Source of the DNA: Malacoraja senta
Lineage: Eukaryota
Reading direction: 5' to 3'
Length of the DNA stretch: 64,000 nt
NCBI GenBank assembly: GCA_038087875.1
Contig: JAXLNO010000275.1
Span: 1-64,000 of the forward strand
The stretch's first letter is position 1; every line of letters begins with the position of its first letter. The position numbers and the translations under genes were made by a program. This document shows, in pieces, positions 26,053 through 39,272 of the stretch. Below the pieces are notes generated by a model, which worked only from the letters and a program-made list of their open reading frames with translations, was not told the origin of the DNA and searched no databases.

Positions 26053-28028
26053 TCAGAGGCAATAATTTAAAAACACTCACACAGAGTACTGGTGGACAAA
26101 AATGCTGGAGAAACTCAGCGGGTGAGGCAGCATCTATGAAGCGAAGGAATATTACATAGATGCTGCCTCACCCGCTGAGTTACTCCAGCATTTTTGTCTA
26201 CCTTCGATTTTTCCAGCGTCCGCAGTTCCTTCCTAAACACAAAGTGCTGGAGTAACTCAGGTGATGTTTCCTATCCATGTCCTCCAGAGATGCTGCCCGA
26301 CCGGCTGAGTTTAGTTTGGTTCAGCGATCCAGCGTAGAAGCAGGCCCCCCCCCTGGCCCACTGAGTCCGCACTCACCCCAGTACCCCAATCACCCCACAG
26401 ATCACCCCAGTACACTAGTTGTATCCCACGCGCTAGGGACAACTTCCAGAAGCCAATTAACCTACAAATCCGCATGTCTTTGCAATGTGGGGGGAACCCG
26501 GAGCACCCGGAGGAAACCCACACGGTCACAGGGAGAACGTGCAAACTCCCCACAGATAGCTTCCGAAGTCAGGACCGAACTTGGGTCACATAGAAACATA
26601 GAAAATAGGTGCAGGAGGAGGCCATTCAGCCCTTCGAGCCAGCACCGCCATTCATTATGATCATGGCTGATCGTCCCCAATCAATAACCCATGCCTGCCT
26701 TCTCCCCATATCCCTTGACTCCACTAGCCCCTCGAGCTCTATCTAACTCTCTCTTAAATCCATCCAGTGATTTGGCCTCCACTGCCCTCTGTGGCAGGGA
26801 ATTCCACAAATTCACAACTCTCTGGGTGAAACTCTCCGTGAGGCAACGACTCCACCGTTGCGCCACTGAGCCGCCCGCGAGCACTTTGTGCTTTTCTCTT
26901 GCAACCCAGCATCTGCAGTTCCTTGTTCCTCCATCATTAACAACGGTGGCCATGAAACCCACGGTGCCCCATGGCGCACGTGTCCCTCATCATTCAAGGG
27001 AGGACATTCGCCACCCTGGCGTGGCACGGCTCAAAGTGTGAGCCACCCAACAGGTTGAGTCAGGGCTGGCCCTGGGCATCAACTGCTGTGAACTTCTGCC
27101 CTCCGTGACGTGACTAACTCATGGCACAGAAGGAGGCCATTCAGCCCTTGACGTTCATGCTAGCCTCCAGCATAGCAATACCATCAGTCACATTTCCCTT
27201 CTTACTTTAGACATAGTTGTGCAGCGGTAGAGTAGCTGCCTCACAGCGCCAGAGACCCTGGTTCGATCCCGACTACGGGTGCTGCCTGTACCTTCTCCCC
27301 GTGACCCGCGTGGGTTTGCTCCGAGATCTTCAGTTTCCTCCCACACTCCAAAGACGTACCGGCTTGTAGGTTAATTGGCTTGGTATACTTGTAAATTGTC
27401 CCTAGTGTGTGTAGGATAGTGTTAATGTGCAGGGATCGCTGGTCGGTGAGGATTCGATGGGCCGAAGGGCCTGTTTCCGCGTTGTATCTCTAAACTAAAC
27501 TGTTGGGGGAGACAAGGTTGTAGGGGAGGGGGCAGGGGAAGGGGAAGCCAGCAGATGGGCTGAGCAAGCTTCTCTAAACCTTTCATCATTATTCAGAACT
27601 GATTGTCCATTCAATCACAGCAGATCTATCTTGATATTACCACACTGCAAATCATAAGAGTGGGAGCAGAATTAGGCCATTTGGCCCATCAAGTCTACTC
27701 CATCATTCAATCACAGCTGATCTATCTTTCCCTCTCAGCCCCATTCTCCTGCCTTCTCCCCTTAACCCCGGACACCCAAACTAATCAAGAATCTACCAAT
27801 CTCCGCCCTAAAAATACCCACTGACTTGGCCTCCACAACTGTCTGTGGCAATGAATTCCACAGATTCACCACCCTCTGACTAAAGAAATTCCTCCTCATC
27901 TTTCTAAAGTACGTCCTTTTATTCTGAGGCTCTGGACTCTGGTCCTAGACTTTCCCACTAGTGGAAACATCCTCTCTATCCAAGCCTTTCATTATTCGTT
28001 AAGTTTCATTGAGGTCCCCCCTCGTCCG

Positions 28029-28583
28029 ACTTCACCATCGGGAGCCTGGGAGCTCCAAACCGGCGCGGCCTTGTCGGCTTCGGAAGCCGCGGCCTCCGGT
28101 AAGGAATGCGGCCGTTCCAGGTGGCCCAGCCGCTGAGAGGACTCTCCCGACGCCCGGGGCAACATCACCCGGTGAGAACGGCCAGGAACATCGGGCCTCC
28201 GTAGAGGCAATAGCGGAGGCCTCAATAGGCCTGACTTTGGGTGAACTGGGGATGGGGACTGGACATTGTGCCTTCCCCCACAGTGGTAACCATTGTGGGG
28301 GGATGATTTTTTTTGTGTGTGGTGTCTATTTTAGTCTGTGTCCAAGATGGTGGTCGGAAGGGAGAGTGGACGCTGGCGTGGTTTAGCTGCCGCTGCTCTC
28401 TCTTCACATTGTGTTTCTGATTTCTTTTCTGTCTTTGGATCCAATTCTGTCTTTAATTTGTGTATTGGTGATGTCTTTATAACTTATTTTACTCCGATTA
28501 TATTTTCTTTGTTAAATTCTGTAAGGTGTCCTTGAGACTTTTGTATAGGCGCCCACAAATAAAATTTATCATTATTATTATTA
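28029..28583 (+). mobile_element. Retroelement with an L2-type 3' tail inserted into a CR1 fragment
   Basis: Ends gtaaggtgtccttgag...ggcgcccacaaataaa...(tta)n. The interrupted CR1 resumes directly at ccttctaaactccagcgag. Confidence 0.55.
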
Positions 28584-29905
28584 TCCTTCTAAACTCCAGC
28601 GAGTACAGGCCCAGCGCCGACAAACGCTCATCCCACGCTAACCCATTCATTCCCGGGACCATTCTTGTGAACCTCCTCTGGACCCTCTCTGGAGGTATGG
28701 GGGTATGGAGAGAAGGCAGGTATGGGATACTGAGTTGGATGATCAGCCATGATCATATTGAATGGCGGTGCAGGCTCGAAGGGCCGAATGGCCTACTCCT
28801 GCACCTATTTTCTATGTATCTATGTATCTATGGAACCAGCACATCCTTCCGCAGATATGGGGCCCAAAGCGGCTCACAATATTCCAAATGTGGTCCGACC
28901 AGCGCCTTAAAGCCTCAGCATTGCCTCCTTGTTTTTAGGGGGGTTTTAGGGAGGGGGGGGAATCAGCGAAGCAAACCCCCATATTTAAGAATAAGGGGTA
29001 AGCCATTTAGAACGGACAAGGAAACACTTTTTCTCACAGAGAGTTGTGAATCTGTGGAGTTCTCTGCCTCAGAGGGCGGTGGAGGCTGGTTCTCTGGATA
29101 CTTTCAAGAGAGAGCAAGATAGGGCTCTTAAAGATAGCGGAGTCAGGGGATGTGGGGAGAAGGCAGGAACGGGGTACTGGGTAGGGATGATCAGCCATGA
29201 AGACATGGGATGGCGGTGCTGGCTTGAAGGGCCGAATGGCCTACTCCTGCATTTATTGTCTTTTGTCTATCCAGTCCCTAGGGTAGAAAGAAGGAACTGC
29301 AGATGCTTGTTTACACACAAAAAAGGCACAAAGTGCTGGAGTAACTCAGCGGTTCAGTAAACATCCCTGGACAACATGGATAGGTGAGGCTTCGGGTTGG
29401 GACCGAAGGGTGTGGCTTCACCGAACCAACACCACATTCTGCCCACTGTAAACATGAGCCTCTCATCGTTTCCACACGGATTGTATTCAAACCACATCAC
29501 GAGACTGGGAAGAAAGATCTCGGATCACAAGAGCTATTCATCTTTCAGCCTCTGGAAACAAGTCTGCTTTTGGCAGAGAAAATAAATGCCTTATAAAGGC
29601 AATCTGCCCCAAACTCTCAGCTTTCACCCAGTCCGACTGCAGGCCCACTGAGATGTGTAGAGATTTAGAGGTTCAGTCTAGTTTATTGTCACATGTACCG
29701 AGGTACAGTGAAAAGCTTTTGTTGCGTGCTAACCAGTCAGCGGGAAGACAATACATGATTACAATCGATCCATTTACAGTGTTTGAATGAATAAGTTTAT
29801 TGGCCAAGTATTCACATACAAGGAATTTGCCTTGGTGCTCCGCCCGAAAGTGACAATATGACATACAGTGACTGTTAGGAATGACACATAAAACATGAAT
29901 ATTGA

Positions 29906-30590
29906 ATGGTGCAGCAGGCAGTGAAGAAAGCGAATGGTATGTTAGCTTTCATAGCAAGAGGATTTGAGTATAGGAGCAGGGAGGTTCTACTGCAGTTGTA
30001 CAGGGTCTTGGTGAGACCACACCTGGAGTATTGCGTACAGTTTTGGTCTCCAAATCTGAGGAAGGACATTATAGCCATAGAGGGAGTGCAGAGAAGGTTC
30101 ACCAGACTGATTCCTGGGATGTCAGGACTTTCATATGAAGAAAGACTAGATAGACTTGGCTTATACTCGCTAGAATTTAGGAGATTGAGAGGGGATCTTA
30201 TAGAAACGTACAAAATTCTTATGGGGTTGGACAGGCTAGATGCAGGAAGATTGTTCCCGATGTTGGGGAAGTCCAGGACAAGGGGTCACAGCTTAAGGAT
30301 AAGGGGGAAATCCTTTAAGACCGAGATGAGGAAAAACCTTTTCACACAGAGAGTGGTGAATCTGTGGAACTCTCTGCCACAGAGGGTAGTTGAGGCCAGT
30401 TCATTGGCTATATTTAAGAGGGAGTTAGATGTGGCCCTTGTGGCTAAAGGGATCAGGGGGTATGGAGAGAAGGCAGGTACGGGATACTGAGTTGGATGAT
30501 CAGCCATGATCATATTGAATGGCGGTGCAGGCTCAAAGGGCCGAATGGCCTACTCCTGCACCTATTTTCTATGTTTCTATGTATCTATGA
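29906..30590 (+). mobile_element. 5'-truncated CR1-clade LINE: ORF2 C-terminus and 3' UTR
   Basis: An uninterrupted 194-aa frame with LVRPHLEYCVQFWSP, RRLRGDLIETYKI and FTQRVVNLWNSLP is followed by a GCCGAATGGCCTACTCCTGC stem-loop and a (CTATGTTT)-type tail. Confidence 0.92.
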
Positions 30591-32712
30591 ATGTTTGTAG
30601 ATACATGATAAGGGAATAACGTTTAGTGCAAGGTAAAGCCAGCAACATCCGATCAAGGATAGTCCGAGGGTCATCAAAGAGGTGGAGCTACACTGCCAGG
30701 GTGCTCATTCCCACCACCCGCCTGCCAACAACAGGGGGCAACACAGTGGCTCAGCGGTAGAGTTGCTGCCTGACAGCGCAGGTTCGATCCTGACAGCAGC
30801 TGCTGCCCGAACCTGGCTCGTGCACTCTCCCAGTGACCTCCTGGGCTTTGTCCGGGTGATCCGGTTTCCTCCCACACTCCAAAGACATGAAGGTTTGTAG
30901 GTTAATTGGCCTCTGTAAAGTGTCCCGAGTGGGGCGAGGATAGAACTAGTGTACGGGTGATCGTTGGTCAACGTGGACTCGATGGGCCAAAGGGCCTCCT
31001 TCCAGGCTGTATTTCTAAACTAAACAACTTGCATACGAGGGGCTTATCAGGGGATATAAATCTAGGACACGAAGGGCTGTAGTATTCAGCAGGCCAGGCA
31101 GCATCTCTGGAGACCATGGATAGGTCATAAGGTCATAAGTGATAGGGGCAGAATTAGGCCATTCGGCCCATCAACTCTACTCTGCCATTCAATCATGGCT
31201 GGTCTATCTCTCCCTCCTAACCCCATTCTCCTGCCTTCAACCCGTAACCACTGACACCCGCACTAATCAAGAAATTCTATCTCAGCCTTAAAAATATCCA
31301 TTGACTAGGCCTCCACAGCCTTCTGTGGCAAAGAATTCCACAGATTCACCGCCCTCTGACTAAAGAAATTCCTCCTCATCTCCTTCTTAAAGGAACGTCC
31401 TTTAATTCTGAGGCTGTGACCTCTAGTCCTAGACTCTCCCACCAGTGGAAACTTCCTCTCCACATCCACTCTAAACTTGCCGAATAGTGAAAGGCCTGGA
31501 TAGGTTATGCTTGGGTTACAATTAAAGTAGTTGCTTATGCTATGGGTTGGAGGGTCAGTCTGAAGAAAGGTCCTGACCCGAATCGCCACTTATCCACGTT
31601 CTCCAGCTCTGTATTAACCAGCATCTGTGGGACTTTGTTTAGTTTAGAGATACAGCGTGGAAACAGGCCTTTCGGCCCACCGGGTCCGCAGTGACTGGCG
31701 ATCCCTGCACACTAACACTATCCTACACACACACACACCAAGGACAATTTTTACATTTACCAAGCCAATTAACCTACAAACCTCCAGAGATGTTGCCTGT
31801 CCCGCTGAGTTACTCCAGCATTTTGTGTCTACAGTTTAAGCCAGCATCTGCAGTTCCTTCCGACACACTCCTTAGTTTGTTGACCAGGCATTGGGGAAAT
31901 GGGTGTTAAATGGGCATTTTTACTAGAGATACTGTGCGGAAACAGGCCCTTTGGCCCTCCGATTCTGCAATGACCAGCGATCCCCGCATGCACTAGGGAC
32001 AATTTTACACCAAAGCCAATTAACCTACAAACCTGTACGTCTTTGGAGTGTGGGAGGAAACCGAAGATCTCGGAGAAAACCCCCGCAGGTCTCGGGGGGG
32101 AACGTACAAACTCCGTGCAGACAGCACCCGTAGTCAGGATCGAACCCGGGACTCCGGTGCTGCAAAGCATCAACTCTACCGCTACGCCACACTGGCCGCC
32201 CACAAAAAGCCGGCGTTCTAGATATTAATCAAGGGACTGCGCCTGGCAATAAAACTGGGCAAGGAGAGGAGAAGAAAAAAAAAATCAAAAGATGTCTTTA
32301 TGATAATTTCCTGTCCAATTTTCGCTTAGCCTCCTTTCGAAGGAGCCATGATGTCAACTTCTGAGCTTCATCCAAATCCCAATTACCGTTGAAAATGATG
32401 ATAAGGACTTTGGCCAATCAAGGCAATTGGTTTCTTGGCCAAGGCCCAGGACAGAGGTTTCCTATTAGGTCTAAACTCAACATTTTTGTTACAAATCACT
32501 GCTCTTTACTCAGTGTTGTTCTCATGTAGGAGGTCTGGGTGAAGAAGGGTCCCGACCCGAAACCTCGCCGATTCCTTTTCTCCAGAGATGCTGCCTGACC
32601 CCTTGAGTTACTCCAGCTTTTTGTGTCTCTCTGGAGTAAAGATGACATGGTTGCAGTTTGTGTGGTGTTTGTCTTATTGTTGAGGTGGACGATAAGGTCA
32701 ATGTTAAAAGCG

Positions 32713-33030
32713 GTCACGGTGGCGCAGCGGTAGAGTTGCCGCCTTACAGCGAAGGCAGCGCCGGAGACCAGGGTTCGATCCCGACTACGGGTGCTGTCCG
32801 TACGGAGTTTGCACGTTCTCCCCGTGACCTGCGTGGGTTTTCTCCGAGATCTTCGGTTTCCTCCCACACTCCAAAGACGTGCAGGTTTGTAGGTTAATTG
32901 GCTTGGTGTAAATCTAAACAAATTGTCCCTAGTGCGTGTAGGTTAGTGTTAATATGTGGGGATCGCTGGTCGGCGCGGACTCGGTGGGTTGAAGGGCCTG
33001 TTTCCGCCCCGAATCTCTAAACTAAACTAA
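32713..33030 (+). mobile_element. V-SINE (HE1-like), full length
   Basis: A and B boxes, V-domain, tail and ctaaactaaac end. Confidence 0.85.
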
Positions 33031-36000
33031 CTTTGAGATCCTGACCCCGGTCCTAGACACACCAACTAGAGGAATGGGGTTGAGAGGGAAATGATTGAAT
33101 GGCGGAGTTGACTCGATTGGCTGAATGGCCTTTATTCTGCTCCTATCCCTTCTGAACCTGCTGCACAGAGCACTAATCCTATCCCCCCCCATTCCTGAAA
33201 GACCTGGCATTGAACAAAATGCGGAGGATTTGGGTTTTAAGGGACTGTAGCATCTTGTTGGTGACCAACAGTCCATAGAGACAGCAGCAAACCACAGTTA
33301 ATCTTTCGAATATAAAATGCTTTGGACTTTTGCTCAAGTCAGTTCAGTAGTCTGCACGTCACTAGAGAGATGGGCATAATCAATTATTAAATTGATTTTC
33401 TAACGTGATTAGAGTTTACAATGAAATATCTCGTCAATAAAATATTTATGCCATTAGTCCAGTCAAACGCAAGGCAAGAGGCACAGCAGCCTTCAATAAA
33501 GTTTCGGGGAAGATTATTTACAAGTGTAGCAACACCATCACATCCTTGTAAAGACACCCGTGGTTGGAGGGCTGCTGCTTCTGGCTTCCCGGAAGCCAAG
33601 AACGAGCTTATCCCCTCCAAACCCCCTCCAGCCTTCACATCCACCCACGAACTGCAGATTCTCCCGATTCCAAACTCCCGAGTTGTGGCGGCCTCACAGT
33701 TGCTGCCTCACAGCGCCAGAGGCCCAGGTTTGATCCCGACTACAGGTGCCTTCCGTACGGAGTTTGTACGTTCTCCCTGTGACCGCGTGGGCTTCCTCCC
33801 ACACTCCAAAGACGTGCAGGTTTCGTAGATTAATTGGCTTCCATAAATTGTCGCTGGCGTGTAGGATAGGACCAGTGCATAGGTGGTCACTGGTCAGTGT
33901 GGATGGACTCAGTGGGTCACAAGGCCTGTTTGCACGCAGTATCTCTGAACTAAATGATAATCCACCATAGGTGCAGGAGTAGGCCATTTGGCCCTTCGAG
34001 CCAGCACCGCCATTCAATGTGATCATGGCTGATCATCCCCAATCAGTACCCCGTTCCTGCCTTCTCCCCATATCCCCTGACTCCGCTATTTTTAAGAGCC
34101 CTATCTAGCTCTCTCTTAAAAGCATCCAGAGAACCGGCCTGAGGCAGAGAATTCCACAGACTCACCACTCTCTGTGAGAAAAAGTGTTTCCTTGTCTCCG
34201 TTCTAAATGGCTTACCCCTTATTCTTAAACTGTGTGTGTGGCCCCTGGTTCTGGACTCCCCCAACATCGGGAACATTCCTTCAGCATATAAATCGGAGGG
34301 CCAACTTTTCCACTCAGAATGGTGGGTAAAACGGAACGAGCTGTCAAAGGAGGTAGTTGAGACAGATGTTATAAAAGCATTTGAAAGACATCTGGGCAGG
34401 TGCAGGGATAGGGAATGTTTAGATGGATACGGGCCAAATGCAGGCAAATGGATCTAGCGTAGATCGGGCGTCTTGGTCGGCATGGACAGGTTGGGCCGAA
34501 GGGCTGTATGTCTCTGCGACTCAGCTACATCCAATAACTTGGTCAAAGAGCAGACGCAAGGAACTGCAGATGCTGGAATCTTGAGCAAAAGTCAAAGTAC
34601 TGGAGTAATTCAACGGGTCAGGCAGCATCGGTGGAGGGAATGGATAGGTGACGTCTCAAGGGGGGGGGGGTCTAGTTCCCTCCTACACTCGAAAGACGTA
34701 TGGGTTTGTAGATTAGACAAAAATGCTGGAGAAACTCAGCGGGTGAGGCAGCATCTATGGAGCGAAGGAAATAGGCAACGTTTCGGGCCGAAACCCTGAA
34801 GGAAATAGGCAACGTTTCGGGCCGAAACCCTGAAGGAAATAGGCAACTTTTCGGGCCGAAACCCTGAAGGAAATAGGCAACGTTTCGGGCCGAAACCCTT
34901 CCGGGTTTCGGCCCGAAACGTTGCCTATTTCCTTCGCTCCATAGATGCTGCCTCACCCGCTGAGTTTCTCCAGCATTTTTGTCTACCTTCGATTTTCCAG
35001 CATCTGCAGTTCCTTCTTAATCAGGTTTGTAGATTAATTGGCTTCTGCAAATTGTAAATCGTCCCCAGTGTGTGTAGGATAGTGCTAGTGTAAAGGGGGT
35101 GATCGCGGGTCGGCGTGGACTCGACGGGCCGAAGGGCCCTTGCCGCGCTGTACCTTTAAGGTCTAAACATAACGCTCAAAAAGCACGGACGAATTCTGCT
35201 TAACTGTCACATTTGCGACCAAACAGGCAACCTGACCCAATTACTGGGCTTTTAATAACCTGGACCAGCCTGCTCAAGTGCCTGTTCCATCGTCAGTCTC
35301 TTTCTTCCTCACAGAATTAGCGCATAACTTGGCGTTCGACTCACCACTTGCACAAAGGCTGTTCTTTGCATTGGCCACCACTTTGGGCCCCATCATACCA
35401 GGGGACACGGGCTCATACTACGATCTACCTCATTGGAGACCCTCAGACTAACTTTGATCGGACATTCCTAGCTTTTCCTTGCACTAAACGTTATTCCCGT
35501 GATGGCGGGACTGTCATATGCTGAGAGAATGGAGCGGCTGGGCTTGTACAGTCTGGAAGGTAGACAAAAATGCTGGAGAAACTCAGCGGGTGAGGCAGCA
35601 TCTATGGAGCGAAGGAAATAGGCAACGTTTCGGGCCGAAACCCTTTCGGGTTTCGGCCCGAAACGTTGCCTATTTCCTTCAGGGTTTCCTTTGGAGTTTA
35701 GAAGGATGAGAGGGTATCTCATTGAAACATATAAGGTTTTGGACACGCTAGAGGCAGGAAACATGTTCCCGATGTTGGGGGAGTCCAGAACCAGGGGCCA
35801 CACACAGTTTAAGAATAAGGGGTGAGCCATTTAGAACGGAGACGAGGAAACACTTTTTCTCACAGAGAGTTGTGAGTCTGTGGAATTCTCTGCCTCAGAG
35901 GGCGGTGGAGGCCGGTTCTCTGGATACTTTCAAGAGAGAGCTAGATAGGGCTCTTAAAGATAGCGGAGTCAGGGGATATGGGGAGAAGGCAGGGACGGGG

Positions 36001-36197
36001 TACTGATTGGGGATGATCAGCCATGACAACATTGAATGGCGGTGCTGGCTCGAAGGGCCGAATGGCCTACTCCTGCACCTGTTGTCTATTGACATTATTC
36101 CCTTGATCATGTATCTGTACACTGTGGGCGGCTCGATTGTAATCGCGTATTGTCTTTCCGCTGACTGGTTAGCACGCAACAACATGTTACATGGGGG

Positions 36198-36988
36198 CGG
36201 CAGGGTGGCGCAGCGGTAGAGTTGCTGCCTCACAGCGCCGGAGACCCGGGTTCGATCCTGACCACGGGTGCTGTCTGTACGGAGTTTGCACGTTCTCCCC
36301 GTGACCTGCGCGGGTTTCCTCCGAGATCTTCGGTTTCCTCCCACACTCCACAGACGTGCAGGTTTGCAGGTTAATTGGCTTGGTTTAAAATGTAAAATTG
36401 TCCCTAGTGCGTGTAGGGTGGTGTTGGTGTGCGGGGGATCACTGGTCAGCATGGACTTGGTGGGCCGAAGGGCCTGTATCTCTAAACTAAAACGTGTTCA
36501 CTGTACCTCGGTACACGTGACCATCAACTATTGACTAGTAGCGATATGGACCTGGTGAGCCGATTGGCACGTCGTTGTTATGAAGCCACTGTGGTTAGCT
36601 TGCTCTGAACTCAAACCTTTCCCATTCCTCCACTGACTGTGGGAGTTTGCAATGGCAAGAACCAGATCTGGTGGATAGCAGGTAGGAAAAAAATATTTTA
36701 AAACAGGGCGGCACAACGGCAGAGTTGCTGCCTCACAGCGCCAGGGACACAGGTTCGATCCTGACTACGGGTGCTGTCTGTATGGAGTTTGTACGTTTTC
36801 TCCGAGATCTTCGGGTTCCTCCCACACTCCAAAGGCGTGCAGGTTTGTAGGTTAATTGGCTTTGGCATCAATCTATCAACGTAAAATTGTCTCGAGAGTG
36901 TAGGGTTGTGTCAAGGTGCGGGGATCGCTGGGTCGGAGCGGACTCGGTGGGCCGAAGGGCCAGTTTCCGCACTGTATCTCTAAAGTAA
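36198..36988 (+). mobile_element. Two V-SINE copies (~36198-36492 and ~36706-36988)
   Basis: Same diagnostic motifs as the other copies. Confidence 0.8.
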
Positions 36989-38373
36989 AAGGTTCCCAGC
37001 GTACCTCGGTACACGTGACCATAAACTAATGACGAGATCCGAGTCAGATGATGGATCGGGGTCAGAGACATGCCCCTGGTGATCTCATTGGCAAGTCCTT
37101 ATTCTGTAACGGCGGAGGTTAGCATTCACTGAACCCAATCCTTACCCATTACCCCCCCCGACTGTGGAAGGTTGCAGTGGCTAGAACCAGATCTGATAGA
37201 AGGAATTCCCACTGACTGCACCCTCTTCTTAGATGGACACACAATGCTGGAGTAACTCAGTGGGAAAGGCAGCATCTCTGGAGTGAAAGAACGGATGATG
37301 CTCTGAATAAAGGTCTCGACCCGGAACGTCTCCCGTTCCTTCTCTCCAGAGATGCTGCCTGTCCCGCTGAGATACTCCAGCATTTTGTGTCTACCTTTGT
37401 GTCTACCATGTCCGCACTTGGTGTATAACCAGCATCTGCAGTTCCTTCCTACACCCACTTCATGTTCCTCCTCAACTGTGTATCTTTACACCATGGACGG
37501 CTTGATTCTAACCATGCATGGTCTTTTTCAGAGGGTGGTGAATCTGTGGAATTCATTGCCACAGACGGCTGTGGAGGCCAAGTCAATGGATATTTTTAAG
37601 GCGGAGATTGACAGATTCTTGATTAGTGCGGGTGTCATGGGTTATGGGGTGAAGGCAGGAGAATGGGTTTGAGAGGGAAGGATAGATCAGCCATGCTTGA
37701 ATGGCAGGGTAGACTTGATGGGCCGAATGGCCTAATTCTGCTCTGAGACAACAACAAATTTTCACTGCACCTCAGTACACATGACAATAGTAAACTAAAC
37801 TAAACTTGGATTCTAATGGACTAAATGTGTAGGAAAGAACTGGAGGTTTAAATAGAAGTTCAGTCTGAAGAAGGGTCTCAATGCGAAACGTCACCCATTC
37901 CTTCTCTCCAGAGATGCAGCCTGTCCCACTGAGTTACTCCAGCATTTTGTGTCAACCTTCTAATGGGGCTAATTTCCTTTTGTGTTCGCTCTCCTTGCAC
38001 ATTGCCTTCTATTAAACTGTAGAGGTTCAAAAACCGCGGTGTTTAATTCTGATCGGTCCTGTTGCTTGCAAGGATGTTACCATGGGAACGGCGCCATCTT
38101 GGATCAAAATGGCAGCCAGTATCAAGGGTGGCACACAATACCCTGGGCAACGCTCTCATTTCACACCGCCCAGCGGGACCGTGGTACAGGAGTCCCAAAA
38201 CCGTGACCACGGTTCAAGAATTAGCTTCTTCCCAACAACCATGAGGTTCTGGAACACCACACCACTCAAAAGTGTTTTTATTGTCATACGTCTCAAACAG
38301 AACAATGAAATTCTTACTTGCAGTACAACGGAATATGTAAACATAGTACTTGGCAAACAATATAAATGAAAAG

Positions 38374-38722
38374 ATGTGTGTGTGTGTGTGTGTTTGCGTG
38401 CGTGTGCGCGTGTGTGTCTGTGTGTGTGTGTCTGTGTCTGTGTGTGTCTGTACGTGTGTGTGTGTGTCTGTGTGTTCTGTGTGTGTGTGTGCGCGTGTGT
38501 GTGTATGTCTGCGTGTGTCTGCACGTGTGTGCGTCTGTGCGTGAGTGCGTCTGTGTGTGCGTGTCTGCGTGTGTGTCTGTGCGTGTGTCTGCATGTGTGT
38601 CTGTACGTGTGTGTGTGCGTGTGTGTGCGTGTGTGTCTGTGCGTGCGTGCGTCTGTGTGTCTGCATGTGTGTCTGTACGTGTGTGTGTGTGTACGTGTGC
38701 GTGTGTGTGTGCGCACACACAT
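38374..38722. repeat. TG-rich compound microsatellite
   Basis: Seen directly. Confidence 0.9.
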
Positions 38723-38754
38723 ACACTAATAAAAACAAACAATAATAGTGTATC

Positions 38755-39272
38755 TAGGGTTGCCAACTGTCCCGTATTAGCCGGGACATCCCGTATATAA
38801 TGGGCTAAATTGGTTTGTCCCGTACGGGACCGCCCTTGTCCCGTATTTGACCGCTACTACTCGGGTCGAGGGACTGTCTGGTCGGAGCACTGCGTCCGGC
38901 CCCCGCCTCACCCGTCCTGACGTAGTGCAGCCCATGGAGTGCAGCAGCAGCAGCAGAGCCTCGCCCGTGGCCCCGTCGGTCGGCAGCCCGGCCAGCTGTC
39001 CGACCTTCGGACCTTCGCTTACCGCCGACACCATCAACCTCCTTCTCATGGCCGATCATCGGTTCACGAGTTGGAATGGGGTGCCGGACTTTGTGTGGCC
39101 CGGGCCAAAACTCCTCAGCTGTCCCGCCAGCTGGCTTTGTGTGCAGTCATCACCCGGGCCAACTCATCATTCACCCAGCCATGGCCCAGTTGGTCAACGA
39201 ATTGCCGTGGGGAATTTGTCCCGTATTTTGACCTTTTGTCCTTATTTGGGAGTGGGAACGTTGGCGACCCTA
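38755..39272. mobile_element. Non-autonomous hAT-type DNA transposon (MITE), 518 bp
   Basis: TIRs are TAGGGTTGCCAAC and GTTGGCGACCCTA (12/13 match). The 8-bp flanks are AGTGTATC (38747-38754) and AGTGTAAC (39273-39280). Partial copies lie at ~17410-17564 and ~24360-24430. Confidence 0.85.

Noticed and set aside
29906..30490. 194-aa ORF as a host gene or autonomous LINE
   Set aside because: It is only the C-terminal part of CR1 ORF2, with no RT core or endonuclease, so it is a 5'-truncated copy.
32713..32795. tRNA-like sequences with A and B boxes
   Set aside because: They are SINE heads, always followed by the V-domain, and lack a proper acceptor stem and terminator.
34764..34899. 34-bp direct repeats resembling a CRISPR array
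   Set aside because: The repeats are contiguous with no unique spacers, there are no cas genes, the context is eukaryotic, and the unit is part of the PLE terminus.
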